Below, piece after piece: positions 11,613-26,702 of a stretch of 64,000 nt of DNA (positions within the stretch are counted from its first letter, which is position 1; each line of letters begins with the position of its first letter). The stretch lies in contig NC_068991.1 of NCBI RefSeq assembly GCF_001194135.2, positions 76,757,464 through 76,821,463 of the forward strand, in the 5' to 3' direction. The notes under the pieces are model-generated. The model searched no databases, was not told the origin of the DNA, and saw only the letters and a list, made by a program, of their open reading frames with translations. Source of the stretch: Octopus bimaculoides (taxonomy: Eukaryota). The translations under genes and the position numbers were made by a program.

Positions 11613-13201
11613 TTGTACAATCTAAGCAACGTAAAATGGTTATTCCTCACAAGCTCAGAGGAACTTCACCTTTTATGTTGTAAGCAAAAGACAAAATGTA
11701 CCTCTACACAGAAGGCTAGTCCAATACGCAACTTGTAATTCTGATAACCATTCCTGACAACCAAGACAAAGTTGATTTGTTGTAAATGCTTTCAGTTCAA
11801 ATCCAAATACTCCACCCAGTTTGTATTTTACCAAACTCAGAAATCACTGAGCCATTTAACTTTAATTTTTAAAACAATACATCTACCAATTAAGCACAAT
11901 AATTCCAATTACATTTGTTCAACTGAATTTACAAACGACTCAAGTTAAAACTAACATCAGGTAGTTGGAAAGAATATACTAATGTAACTGTAAATATATC
12001 TGAATTCAAATTCCTTTTATTAAGTTTTAAAAGTTCTTCCTAGAGATTGTCTCAGAATGACTTCAGTGAAAGTTCTTCACACAGACTTGAAAAAATAAAA
12101 TGTATCAAAATCCAGTTTTTTTTAATGTGAATTTCAAAAGAAACATTTAAAATTCATTAACAATCATAGAACAAACCAAGACAAAATAGAAAAGCCATCT
12201 GTTACTATAAAATACTGATTAGTGAAATTGGAATTCATATAACCAGTTAATAGATTAATACATAATATTGAGAAATAGTCTACCTGATTTCTTGCAGAAC
12301 AGCCAAGGCATACCTGAGATATGAGTGATGGTAGACATTAGAATGCTTGACTGGTTATTGAAAGGTCCAGAATACTAATTCATAGATGTAACAAGTATAT
12401 TACTAAACCGAGTATTATAAACTATTGAACTTCCCCAAAGATACTTGCAGCTGAAATATCTCATTATCAACTCCTGGGAAATATTTCATAAACATGCCTT
12501 CAAGAATTAATGTCTGACCACACTTTAAACCTTATTGATATACAAACTAATAAACCTACAAAGCTAAATTAAGGAAAGCATTAAAATACTGACAATGAAT
12601 GACATCAAAATTTAAACTAATTGTTTACAATTTAAAATTTCATGGAAATAATTTTGAAAAAATACAGTGATTATAAACATCAAATCAGTTATATTCAATT
12701 CACATATATCCTTGTAGCACTGGATTTGAATAGATTAAAATACTGCAAACAAATTTCATGGAATTGTGCTCAAGTGAAATAAAACGAAACAAAACCATGC
12801 TAAACAAATTATATAATCATGCAACATTTTTAGTACTAGGATGATTGGATGACTAACCAATCGTGCAAATATGAAAAAAAAATTTCACAAGACTGATCAA
12901 GAACAAAAAATATTGACCAAGAAAACTCAAAAAATTGATTTTAAATAAACCAATAATGAAATATGGTAAAACAGAAAAAAATTTGTCTAAATACAAATTA
13001 GCATATAAAATTATAGGAAGAAAAAAAAGGACCTCCACTACTAACATTTGACAGAGCTATGGCTCTTCCTAACAATACACATGGCTAGATAATGAGAATC
13101 ATTGGTCTCAGATAATCCTGAAGATTTTATCATTTAGGAAACAAACCAAATCCAATTTTTAATACATGGATATTACCATTCAGGGTGGTATGGCTCTAGA
13201 T

Positions 13202-13439
13202 CAGCAGTTCTCAACCGTTTTTTACTTATGGATCCCCATTTTGCTCGGTTGGAATCTTAACCGTTCGACATTTTCAAATATCTCATTTTATTTTCATAAT
13301 TAAATATTAGGAATAATATAAACAAATCGTCACATTTTGTGTACTGTAGAAATATAACCAGTTTATTGCACCTAAATTTTAGCAACAAAATCTTATATGG
13401 ATCCCCAGGAGTCATCCAGACCCAAGTTGAGAACCACGG
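13202..13439. mobile_element. hAT (Charlie-like) MITE
   Basis: TIRs CAGCAGTTCTCAAC / GTTGAGAACCACGG with an 8-bp TSD CTCTAGAT / CTGTAGAT (7/8), the NTCTAGAN target typical of Charlie elements. Confidence 0.85.
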
Positions 13440-16400
13440 CTGTAGATGAATAAGGAAGTCATCAGTTGGGTGAGATTTATAACCATTGTTAAATGGTATT
13501 TTGGAAAAAATTTACCCACAAAACTGACAAATCTATGCAGCAGTATAAATACAAAGACAGCCATAGTTTGTATAAAAGCATAACATTTTCACCTAACATT
13601 TGAACCTAAATGGATTGGCAACAGATGCAAGACCAACACTGGTTGAAACATGAAAGAGTTTAGGAACTTTGTTATTTATGAACAGTGTTGCTTTAATTGA
13701 AAACAGCATCAGGAGAAAGCGGATATATTAAATTCATTCACTTCAAGATTGAAATACTGAGTAATCTTAAACTTCTGATTTTTAAAGTTAATTGTACTAG
13801 TTGAGGTTATGAATACTTATTTAAAACACACCTGTTGGAAACATAATTCAGAAAAACAATCTTGTAAAGCAAGTAATTTGAGGAAAAAAAAAAAATCAAG
13901 CAAATCCAATTGGAAACCTTTTGGCGTTTTGAAACTTATTTTTTGTATTGTCTATTGAGCCAAATAATCAACTTAAATATCTGCAATTATCAGCATAATG
14001 AAAGCAAAATGCTTTCAACCATCAAAACCAATCGTAAATTGGTTTCATTCAACATGAAATATTAATATTTGTATTTCTAAAACTTGCCCTCTCCAATGGA
14101 TTTATTCTTTTGGAGGATATGCAAATAAACTGGGCTCAACCTAAATCCTTCGTTTCTGCAACATTGGGTCAATAGGAAATACATAACGCTTCCGGCAGAA
14201 AACGAAGATACAGCATTCAACAAACCTGGAACAACTCAAAAAGGAATTTTGATACTATTTTATTATGGAACAAAACAAGGAACTACAGGGAAAAAGTAGG
14301 TTTCAAATTTACAATTACACTACCAATTTGTGTGGAGTAAGTACTTTTGGTTAAGAACCATGTCAGCTAACAACTGTAGTTCCCATTATATTCAAGAACA
14401 AAAATTTGAAATATCCAAGAAATTCATTCATTAAGCTGCAAAAGAGACTCCAATACTACTCATTGCACACTGCTATCATAAAACTTACCTAAGCTACATT
14501 TGATTCTTAATGGGGTTTAGGGATATCAAATTTCTAAATTCAATACGGTCAAGTTGAAGTGCAAATTGCAAGAATGGAATCTTTTATAACGTTGATATTC
14601 AGTTTATCAGACTTGAAAGGAAGTTTAAAAAAAAAAAATTAAAAAAAGACTCGAGCATAAAGGGACATAACTTCTGTCGAAATCATTGTCAGAGAGGGTC
14701 TGTAGATCTTGAAATAATTTACAATAGGCTTCTGTACTTTCTATCAAGCAAATTTCACTTACAAAGCTTTCATTGATTGAACTCTAGCTATATAAGTAGC
14801 AAACTCTTGGCACACCATGAGGCTGAACGAAAAAAAACCGTCTTCACTGCAGAGCAAACTACATTTCAAGTGTATATATTGCTGATTACATAAACCAGGA
14901 TCTTGAATTCATTGCACATTGCATTCACATGTTTCAGTTTCTACATCTATGATTGATTCCCTCAGTAGAAACACTTTGAAATTTTGTAAAATCATAACTA
15001 TTCGTTCACACACAATTTATGTAAAACATTTTAAAACAATTGAACTGTAAAGTGATGTTTTTATCTTACCGATAAGATATGAATAAATCTTAGGACTAAA
15101 AGTTCATGCTTATTTGATACAAGTTTTAAGAAATATTAATAGATAATCTTAATAACTATTATTAAAACAACTGCCCTTGGAAAAGAAAGATGCTTTTCCC
15201 CCTAAAAATAACTCTATAATCCCTTTTATATTTCAAAATCAGAAGTACAGACAGTACTACTCGATTTAATCGCTTTCAACACTCAAGGCATTCGTGGCAC
15301 TAAACATCTTAACGTTAAAAATAGCAGACAACCATTGGCAGAGACTTTCCTCTCACTTTATCTCATCAGAAGCAGCAGCAGCAGCTCTAAATTAGCTGCC
15401 ACTCTCACCATTCCTCACGCCAAAAGCCTACATTAGACATTCTGCCCAATCATTCCTTCCCAGAATCGCCTCCCTATTCGTTTTCCCTCCAATTATCAAG
15501 CCAACTGAAATCAAACCTGAACATCAACTTCACATGAGTCCTGTTATCACTTACGATACCTGACCACTTGAGATACTATATTAAGTGTATTCCCCCTAAC
15601 AAAATGTCATTAGTAGCTAAACAGTTAGTTCTATTGAACTAAAAGAACAAGTGTTCCAAACACCAACTTAAGACACCAATAAATGCATTGGAAATTGTTA
15701 GAATTATAACAAAATGGTTTAAATTGACAGAAAAGCAGATCAAGCAATTGAGGGAAGCAGTAAACCTGATAATCAATTCACAGTATCTGAGATACTGATT
15801 AAATAAAAATTATAAATTAATAAAATCAAAAGCAGTTGGCAGGGAAGACATCATCCTTAAAATTGAACTAAAAAGCTTTTCAAAAATCATTAGAAAGCAT
15901 TGAAGCAACTATTTTGTAACAATTATGCTCACCTGAGTCCAACTACAACCTGTTATAATACTATAGTTTCATTGAAATAGGAGAAATTGCTGTCATGTAG
16001 AATTAATCTAAGTCTTCCTAGATTTGTGACACCCAACTCTCAGGCTATTTCAAACTCATAGCTAATTGCACTGTAGGATTCCCTCCACTAGGAGTATGTA
16101 GCATCTGGAACACTACATCTGTGGATTGCACCTGGATGTACAACAGATTAGCAACACAGAGGACTATGTGATCAGGAATGTATACAGATTCCAAGTTTTA
16201 TGATCTTTGACTGTTGCTACCAGCTTACAAAGAAAACCGGTAATTTTAATTTCCAAGTAAGAGGAATACAATATTTGATTTTTATTTTAGTTTTGCAAAT
16301 AATTTTACAATTTCATCTGTAAAGTAATCTTAAATTAGAATGATGCAATTCTTCATTATTCATCATTGAATACTTTGTTGATAGAATTCTAACTGAATTC

Positions 16401-17712
16401 TAAGGATTCATCATGAGTAGAAAAGGCATTTAGAACTTCAACACATTTTTCTTTGATACTTCAAAGTTTAATGGTAAAGAATATGGATATTGTAACAATT
16501 TCCTCTTTGGCCAGATATTTCAAGAACTGTAACTTAAGTAGAAGACTAGATCCCAGGTTTCTCAATAATTCACAACTTGGAATAAGCAAGGCAACATTAC
16601 AGTGCTTAAACACAGGAAACAGCATGCATCTCCCTTGTCAGGTATTTTGAGAGAATACTAAAAAACCTAAAATTCACTCTAAGTACAATTAAAATATCTA
16701 ACAAAATATCACATGCAGTTAAATTTTCAATTGTTGCTTACCTGGACACGACTGTAGCTTCAGTTGGGAATGCTGACAGGTCACCTTAACTATTTCATCC
16801 CTAGGTGGATCATGTTTGAAAATTCGATGTTGCAAAGAAGACTTTGCTCAAATATTTATAAAAGTGAAAGAACGAAAAATGAAATACCAAAAGTGTAACC
16901 GATTTCAACTAAATTTTTCATTATGATAAAACCAGCCTAGGCACATTTTTTTTTTTTTTCACCTCAGTATGTTTTTTTTTTTTTCATGAACGAAAGATGC
17001 AAAAGAAAACCCATTTCATAATTCATTGAAAAAAAAACAAAAAAACACTTTTCCCCACCTTACACAATGAACCAAAAAAAAAAAGAAAAGAAAAAAAAAG
17101 GCACGAAGCGAATTCTCTTTGTGGAGAAGAAAAAAAAAATGAACGCATAAAAGATTCATTTTGACATGATAAAACACCCTGAAATGACAATTGCACACAT
17201 ACTGAATGTATAATATCTCATCCTGCATTTAGGATGTATACAATGTCAACCATAGAACAGAGAGGTTTCAAACAATGGAAAAAAATAAAAACTATTCCAA
17301 TAGATTAAACATACTATTCTTTGGAAAATAAGGTGACTCCATTGGAAAAGTATATCTCAAAGAAGGACTAGAAGTTCTTATATACATCCCTACAATTTCA
17401 ACATAAATTGAAATATCAATATAAGCAAGTTCGTCCTTCCATAAAAACATGACCAATTGATATTCTGACTGGAAAGTATACGAACGGCTGAGAAACATGA
17501 ACAAACATTGGAAACAGAAGAGACAAAAAGGAGAAAAAAAAAAAAAAAACATGAAGATATGTCTGTAAACCAAATTGTCAAAATTCAAAAGAAATTTGGC
17601 TGTCTCCAATATCAAAATGATGGTATTTCTGAAGAAAAAAGAAACTGATTTGCATGCACACCATTGCTGGTGGCACTGTTAAGATAATTGCATTAATGAA
17701 GAACTGAAACTA

Positions 17713-17913
<201 letters not shown>

Positions 17914-20900
17914 TTAAAAACTTACATGGAAATAAAAGAATGGTAATGTGTCAGTAAATTGGGATGGTGGTGGTAATTGGGGAGGGGGTGGGGGTTATAA
18001 GCTTTAAAAACATTTAAGACAAAGTCAGTAGATATGTGATGTGCAGAGTGACAGAATGGTAATGAAGTGCCAAGTGATCCAAGTGTGAAGAATGTGCAGA
18101 AGAGGAATAACAAGGAAGACAAAGGAAATGATGAAAGCAGATCTGAGGCTGAGCTTTACACAAGAGCTGATAAAGAGCCACAGAAATGGTAAGATGGAGA
18201 CCCATCCAAACCCACCATAAAACGAACGTAGACTGATGAAATAGTACCTTTTAGTATAAAACAATGGAGTCGTTTTTTAGAATTCAATATCACTGAAGAT
18301 TAGACCACGTTTATGAAAGGGAGCCATTTAAATCTGGAATTGAAAAGTTCATCGGTCTCAAACTAGATTTACCACGAAAAGACAATCAAGTGAATTCGGG
18401 GGCAAACGGATATTGAACCAGCTTCGTTTTATAGTAAAGGGTTTCTTTTCCTTGTTCTCTATAGTATAGGGTTGTTGTTTTTTTTAATCTCTAACTAAAA
18501 CTGATTATTCTTCAGTAATAGACTAACAGTTTTTAAATCATCAGAAAGTCTGACATCTTACAGAAAGGTCAGCCTGAAGCGAGTGACCTCGACGATGAAT
18601 CATGAACTGACAGTCATAGTGCAATAGCGAGCAAGAACTGAATATGCAAGTTTCATTCAACAGAGAATGCATTACGAAATATTTGCCGATATACAAGTTT
18701 CAAATGTCAAATTCTAACAGATTTGAAATGAAAGCAAGCCTAATTTTTCATCACACAGCTTTTAATTTTATACTTTATCCCCGTGAATTTTTATTATTAT
18801 TATTATCATTTTTTTTTGGGGGGGGGGTTATTTTATAGTTATAAATAGGAACAAATTCTGTAGAGGGAACGAAAATAAAACGAAAGCTATGGATAAGCAA
18901 ACAATGGATTGTTTGTCATTATCTGAAATATATTACAAATCATTGAGGGATTATAACGGAGAATTAAACGTTTATTACAGCCTGAACTTTTGGCTAAACA
19001 CAAGTGAGAAGGTTCAACGAGTTACCAAGGATAGCTGATACAAGCTTGTATTCTCAAAATGCACATCACAATTATGTAATTCGATAATTTCTCTTCGAAT
19101 ACAGCATCTTGAATAAGTATCCAAGGGTTTCAGTTCGACAGTTGTGCGAGAGCACGCAACAAAAATCGTGTACCCAGGGCAGGAGTGATTTCACAATCTG
19201 TATCAATTCGTGTAAAAATTCTCATGACAAAACAATAGTTTTGAATGACAAACGGGGGGAAATAATGATTTGATCAACAAGACGACTACATACATACATT
19301 ATTAATCGTGTGTCTCGTAGAACGAAATCATTCAAGCAATGATATGCAGCAAAGAGGATAATTTATTAGCCGTCAATATATATATATATATATTACAATG
19401 TGAAAAGAACTATTACTAATCAAGGGAGTTGCCATGATATTCAAAGCAATATGGATGGTGTCAAGCTCTTTGAAGAGAGAGAGAGAGAGACTACACAGCA
19501 CAGTGGGGGAGAAATGAACATTTTATATACACATTCTATCATATTATACAGCTGTCAGCACAGTTGGCGACGATGAGAAACGGATGGGAAACCAGTAATG
19601 GAAAGAAAGTGCTCTTCCATTGCTGAAGCAATGAGGAAGATATTAGGCTCTGGATGCTGTACAGCCAAAGCTTCCTGAAATTACTATCGTCTTTAAAAAA
19701 TAAAAAGAGGAAATGACATTCGGTTATACAGTCTTCGCTATTAAGAAGGGACAGTCATGGCTAGAACGTTATAGATCATAAGTCTGCTTGACCCATGGCT
19801 AAACAATTCCATTATAATTAAAACTGACAGTAAAAGAATTTCCTCCTGAAAAAAAGAAAATAAAAAACGGGCAACAAATTTCTTACGTTGTATGAACACA
19901 CACACACACACACACTAATGTATTTAATTCTTATAATTATAAAAAGAGTAGAAAACTAAAGGATTTTTCTAAGGAGAGAAAGAGAGAGAAAGAGTAAGCA
20001 ACAGCATAAGCTAGGTTATACGAGCAAGAAGCGACCAGTTTGGGTGGGGCACCTTATTAAATAGCGACGACCAACTGAGGAACCAGTTTGTAGGGCAATT
20101 TATTAGCCAACAGTTTGGTCCGTCATTCACTCATTAGTCACACTTATTTAGGAAATATCTTAACTACATTATTAATAAAACCAAATTACAACCAGATGCC
20201 AAATGAGTGGAGACGGGGGAGAGAGAGGAAGACTCGATGTGTATAGTCTGACCTGCTGGAAATAGCAGTCAAACCTTTCACAAATCCCAAGCTAACAACT
20301 AAAAGGAAATCAGGCAGTTATAGTATATAAATACACAGAAAGAGGGGATGATCATGATTGGAATGCCTTTCGTAAGTAAAGACTCCATTAGGGCTCACCT
20401 GGAGACAACCAGATATCAAAAATACCCTCAATACTATTAAAATATAGGCAATCGCCAAAATATGTATTATATATATGGACACTTTTCTTTTTGGGATGAA
20501 AAGCGTGGATGTAATAATGTATACAAAGAAAGATTTTTCCGTCATTTTATTGACAACTATTTAAACGGAAATTAGCTTTAAGAATAGACATTTTTTTTTT
20601 CTTTTAATGTCAGCCGAGATAATTGTAGATATTTTCCTTCCTTCTTGATCGTCGGTCAGTGATGAAAGAACGACCACACTAACTTTTTTTCACTTCAAAG
20701 TTCTTAGAGAAGCAAGAGATAATTCAGTGACACATCCATGATAAGAGAGAGGGGGGGGGGACAACAGGGCGGTATGATATATCAGTAGTTTCTTTCTTTT
20801 TGGTTTTTTCAACTTATTCTTAAAATGATATAATTTGCAGATATTAAATGCGGGTTAGGCATTTTTAATTCTAAAGGGGGGTCTCTTTACGAAATGATTT

Positions 20901-22586
20901 CCGAGATATTATATTAAGAAAAATGGTGGCTAGAGAAATGCGAAGGGAAATATATATATATTGGGAAAACGGGATTGAGGACGGTTCATTGAGAACGTTC
21001 GAATTACAGTACCCAGTGATTCGATATATCTGTGTGTGAGGTACTGTGTTGTGATTTATACAGGTAGAAAATAGGTTTAGATGATTATCTTTTATTATAA
21101 AAATGCACCGATGTAAAAAAGTAAGCCGTTATGTAAGTTACATCTGTTGGAAGTGGAAGAGTAAAAATTGGGCTGAAACCAAAATGGCGATCACGCTGAC
21201 AAGCAACAGCAGAGCTCTTTCACTTCTTTTACTCTATCTCTCTCACTCACACAGACCTACATAGATATAGAACTCTCAAACAATTTCACACAAACACACC
21301 TACATATAAATATAAGGATATAAATATATATACGATATCCGTCTCACTCACAATTGTCTCACACCCACAAACATATATACAGATACACACACACACACAC
21401 ACACACAGCTTTCTTTCCCAAACTACCTCACTTACTTAAAGCAGTCAGCTTCATGAAATTTTAAGGGGGAAAAAAATCATAGCCATAAAAACTTATTTCC
21501 ACCACCACCTACATCAATTTCACATCCTATCTCAACTTCATAACCTGATACTGAGATATAATTTAAACGCCATACTATTTATTTAGATGCAAGATGTGTG
21601 TGGAGTAAAGTTATATTATACGTAGGCGCACACATGACATACCTGTCTTATAAGTTTCCTATTTTTATTAGAAAGAAATCCATGATAAACTTACAAAGGA
21701 GAGCCTATATCTATATCTATATATAGAGGGAGAGACCACGTATATAAAGCTTAACAGAGAAAGCTAAGATGGAGGAGAAAATGACAGGAAGGACGGACGG
21801 AGTGTAGCAAAGGTTAAAAAGGCAAAGATCTACTGGCAGTAGGATTTCTTGAAGCACAAAATGAAATAGAAGAACGGTATATAACATATGTGGCTTCGTT
21901 TAGAACCTGGCTAAGAAATGAAAATTTGGAACTGAAAAAAAAAAGGAACGGTTAATAAAAGAGATAGAGCTCACGAGAGGTTAATGAGAAGCGTAAAATA
22001 ATGTATGGTACTTTATTTAATGACAAATTATTATTATTATTCCTCGGGAACTAGGAAATATAGAGGTGTTCAGGATTCTTTTTTTGTTCATGATGAAATA
22101 GCCAAAGCTTAATGGAGAGAGCCGCCTCTAAGCCAGGAACTGCTAGAAATAGCAACCCCATATACACCAAACTACCACTCTTGTAGTCTTTAAATGATAC
22201 ATTAGGTAATATAATATTGTATTACATAAACTGTCTGAATCTCTCTCCGTCCTAGCATTTTAAAAATTAATGAGTCCAAAATACATTCAATATAGAATGA
22301 AGGAAAAACGGGATGGTCACATTGGATTTCCTTTAGCCACAGGTTTTAACAGATTCGAAGCAAAACAATGAAGCTTTTTTTTACTTCTTTCCTTAATTAA
22401 AAATCTAATTTAAAGCCAAACAAACGTATATAGGAAATAACATTGAATATAAAATCACAGTTAAATTAATTAAATAAGAAGCCGAGCCGCCTGTCAAACC
22501 CGAACCGGATTTAAATAAGTTTCTTTAAAAGTTTTTAAAAGATCATTGTTATGATTAATCGTTTTCCTTCTGGAGTATTTCATAGG

Positions 22587-23133
22587 NNNNNNNNNNNNNN
22601 NNNNNNNNNNNNNNNNNNNNNNNNNNNNNNNNNNNNNNNNNNNNNNNNNNNNNNNNNNNNNNNNNNNNNNNNNNNNNNNNNNNNNNNNNNNNNNNNNNNN
22701 NNNNNNNNNNNNNNNNNNNNNNNNNNNNNNNNNNNNNNNNNNNNNNNNNNNNNNNNNNNNNNNNNNNNNNNNNNNNNNNNNNNNNNNNNNNNNNNNNNNN
22801 NNNNNNNNNNNNNNNNNNNNNNNNNNNNNNNNNNNNNNNNNNNNNNNNNNNNNNNNNNNNNNNNNNNNNNNNNNNNNNNNNNNNNNNNNNNNNNNNNNNN
22901 NNNNNNNNNNNNNNNNNNNNNNNNNNNNNNNNNNNNNNNNNNNNNNNNNNNNNNNNNNNNNNNNNNNNNNNNNNNNNNNNNNNNNNNNNNNNNNNNNNNN
23001 NNNNNNNNNNNNNNNNNNNNNNNNNNNNNNNNNNNNNNNNNNNNNNNNNNNNNNNNNNNNNNNNNNNNNNNNNNNNNNNNNNNNNNNNNNNNNNNNNNNN
23101 NNNNNNNNNNNNNNNNNNNNNNNNNNNNNNNNN
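22587..23133. other. Assembly gap (547 N)
   Basis: N run. ORF-track entries spanning it are artefacts. Confidence 1.
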
Positions 23134-23423
23134 NTATATATATACATATATATATACACACACATATATATATATATTTATATATATACATACATACACA
23201 GACACATACAGTATATCTAGATATAAAGTATATTATATGGTGGTGTATATATAGTGATAATACCATCAAAGAAACAATAATTTGGCCAGAAAAATTGGGG
23301 AGAAGGATGGGATGTAATAATTAGAAAGAAAGTATAGAATTATTAGTGAAAAATCAATCGGAATTAAGGTAATTTTACTTACTTAAGTAAAGTAGGTTTA
23401 AGTTTTATGTCAGTCGAACTCAC

Positions 23424-23910
23424 CTCGAACAACAACAACAACAACAGCCTACTATTGCTGCTGCTGATGGTTTATAGTATCAAGGAGTGGTAGGGGGAGT
23501 AGTAAAGAGAACGACTAGATGGAAAAGTGATGGTGGCAGCGGCGGCGGATGCGTAGTAGTAGTAGTAGTAGTAACAATATGGTGTAATGATGGGTGTAGT
23601 GGTAGTAGATTATACGTTGGAGGTAGTAGCGGTGGGAGCAGAAAGTAAAACGACAGAGAGGGGAAAGAAGCGGTGTATTGTAGTAGTAACCGCGTTATGA
23701 CTTAAAAGCGGGAGTGATAGTGTAATAGTATGGTGGTAGTAGTAGATATAGACATGGTGGGTGGAGGAAGTACTAAAAGAGAATGAGCAGAGAGAGGGGA
23801 GGTTATTGTAGTATAACTGGTAATAAGGTGGAAGTGAGGGTAATAGTGGTAGGAAGTATCCTAGTGGTGGTAGTAATGTTGTCACACTTGCAATTTACAA
23901 ATGGCGGCTA
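23424..23910 (-). other. Candidate proximal non-coding first exon of the Rho gene
   Basis: Consensus donor GAG|GTGAGT (intron starts 23423). CpG-retaining, pyrimidine- and (TAC)n-rich sense strand with no ATG in the last ~280 nt. YY1 motif CAAATGGCGGC at 23898-23908 and octamer ATGCAAAT at 23921-23928. The 5' end is approximate. Confidence 0.5.
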
Positions 23911-25109
23911 CTCTCAGACAATGCAAATTTGAGGGTGTAGCACTTAATACAGTTACACGAATTAACGAAAGCAATTACGAAGTAAAGTATTAAGGATTAA
24001 TCCGAGGAAGTATTTGATTAAAATATAAATTTTATAAAATTTTATAAATGAAAAACTGTTACAATGTTATCTACATGAAGAAGGACCACACCTCAATTCA
24101 GCATTAGAAAACTATAGAGAGAGAGAGAGAGGGTTGGAGTGAAGCAGTAAGAGGAAAGTAAAATAGGGAGAAGAGTCAATTGATGGAACAGCAGTTACTG
24201 ACGTAGTGGTGAAGGATGATGGGTAACTGCTACTACAATTGCCGTTTCTGTTGGTTCTTCAGAGCGAACCATCTCACGCCACTTCCAGCTCTTCTTCATG
24301 GCACTTGGCATACCGTTTTCATTTATTTATTTAGTTAGTCAGTCAGGAAAGAATATGCTCATTGTTTATCTTTAGCAAAGTATTGTGGTGGAAAATAGTC
24401 AAATAAAAATGATCTGTGAGCTCTCACACTTCGAAAATTTAAGGAAATAGGACAGAATTCTAACTCAAAATACTAAAATTACTACCAATCATGGTCATAA
24501 ATGAAAACTTTAAGGATGGGGGTAGACAAGATTAACGACTGGACAGGAGAAAGCCCAGAAAATCAAGGGATTCCAGCCGTCAACATACATCCTTAATGGG
24601 CTATCTAAGAAATAATATCTTATTTAAAACAGTACGGTGTTGTTTAAAAAAAAATTTGGTTGCTATTTCCAGCAATACCAGTGACCACGTAGGGCTCCAT
24701 TATTCCTGAAGCAGATGATGTTGGCTTAATGTCCCAAAGGACTTCCTTTATGCTTTTAACTTTAATGACGATTTCAGTTACTTCAGGATCATTTGTATAA
24801 GGATTCCCCCACTAAGAATAAATTAGTTTTTTGTAGCATATTAGGAAAAAACACAATGCTGAAAGGAAGGAAAATGTGAATGAAATATAATTTATATGAT
24901 AATCACACTCATGGCCTAAAAAACTTAAGCTAGTTACTCTGGCATTAGGTTTAGTCAAAGAGAAAAATAACTTTGCTAACATGGAAAGCATCTGTTGGAA
25001 TTTAATCTATAACATTGACCTGTGAACCATTCAGTTTTCAATAGCTCAAGTAACTTCGGCCATGGTACTTTGATGATCACTACTGTGTTGCAAAAATAGA
25101 AGTGAATTC

Positions 25110-25140
<31 letters not shown>

Positions 25141-25463
25141 TGACTCAAAGAATGAACAGTGTAGTGTTCATACTCCAGTCAAAAGTGGTTATACATAAAT
25201 GAACACTTCCAACTGAATCCGAAGCTAAAGAAACGGGTAAACTAAACCATCATACCAAACATTCTATGTTGGCAGATTACGTTGAAAATATGAATCCCAT
25301 ACAGTGTACAACATTATTTCAACTATAAAATAAGGATTCAACATTTATCAGAATCAAGGTGAAAAAAGTCAACATATCCAAAAAAGCTATCTCATGGATA
25401 ATATGGTGGCTGAGCTCTTGTTTAGGACATAGATAGAGATATCAAAAATAAGGTGAATATATA

Positions 25464-26702
25464 TTGGGTCATCCGTAAATAATGTGGTTCTTTTATAGTT
25501 CTTTTATTTTTCAAAATTAAAAAGTTCTTTTTTAATCTAAAATATACTCCATTTTCTACAATGCTTTTCTATCTATTTGGTAGACTTGCAAGGCCCCTCT
25601 TCCAAAAATCCACTTGTCCGTGATGAAAAATACTCCTCCAGTACTGTTCTGACCTCGTCTACAGAATTTATATTTTTCTGTTCAAATGATTTTGAAGACT
25701 GCAGAATAAATGATAACCAGATGGGGAAATGTCTGGCGAATATAATGGGTGGGGCATAGTTTCCCATTCAAACTGCTCTAGCCTTTGGAATGTCATCCTT
25801 GCTGTATGCGGCCAAGCATTATCCTGATGGAAGAATGCCTTTTGTCTTAAAACCAAAGGCAGTTATTTTTCTAGCACTGACTTAAGCTGCTCGCAGTAGA
25901 TCTTTGTTATCGTTTGGTTTGGGTTTAAAAGTTCAAAGTGGACTAAACCTTTCATATCCCACTAAACAGATAACAGCACCTTATGTGGGTGAAAACCTTT
26001 AGCCTTGAGTGCCAGTGCTTCTCCTTTCCCTACCCACTGTCTTTGGCACTTAACATTTTTATAGAACTCATTTCCATCACCAGTCACTATTTGGTCCAAA
26101 AAAAGGTTCATTTGTGAGACACGACAGCAGAGCACACATTCACTCTCTGCACACAATTAGACTTGGAAAGTTTGTGAGGAACCCATTGACCCAATTTGTT
26201 GACTTCTCCAATGGCACACAAGCGTCAATGAATAGTTGAATGTCCAAAACCAAGCTTCCCTGCTAGTTCAACAGTTACAATGGGATTTTGTTCCACCAGG
26301 ATTCAGAGGACATCCTTGTCGAGCTCTACAAATCTTCCAGGATGAAGCGCATCTTTTAGGCTGTAGTTACCGGCTCAGAATTTCTGGAACCACCGTTGAT
26401 AATGGCTTATGCTTACTGTCCGATCCCCATATACTGCATTAATATTCCTCGCACTTTTTGTTGCATTGTTGCCTTTATTAAACTCAAAGCAAAATATGCC
26501 GAATATGCTCGTCTGTCACTTCCATTACAGATTTGAAAAAATAACTTGAAATTGAACTGCACTCTTCAAAACTTGCACTAAGAATAAGGACAAAGTAAAA
26601 TTAGTACCTTCTTTATAGCAAGTTGATGCAGGTAGTTTATCCCCCTTCCAACTTTTACTTCATGCAATTGAAAAAAAACACATTATCTATGGGATGACCC
26701 AA
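25464..26702 (-). mobile_element. Full-length but decayed mariner (DD34D-type) DNA transposon
   Basis: Terminal inverted repeats TTGGGTCATCCGTAAATAATG / CATTATCTATGGGATGACCCAA flanked by TA. Frameshifted transposase pieces IVTGDG, HKVLLSV, HQDNAWPH and HPLYSPDISPSGYHLF (third catalytic Asp changed to Gly). Length 1239 bp. Confidence 0.92.

Noticed and set aside
22141-22155. GCTAGAAATAGCAA matches the SpCas9 sgRNA scaffold tetraloop
   Set aside because: The sgRNA GAAA linker is synthetic and the flanks do not match. The motif belongs to an endogenous dispersed repeat with many diverged copies.
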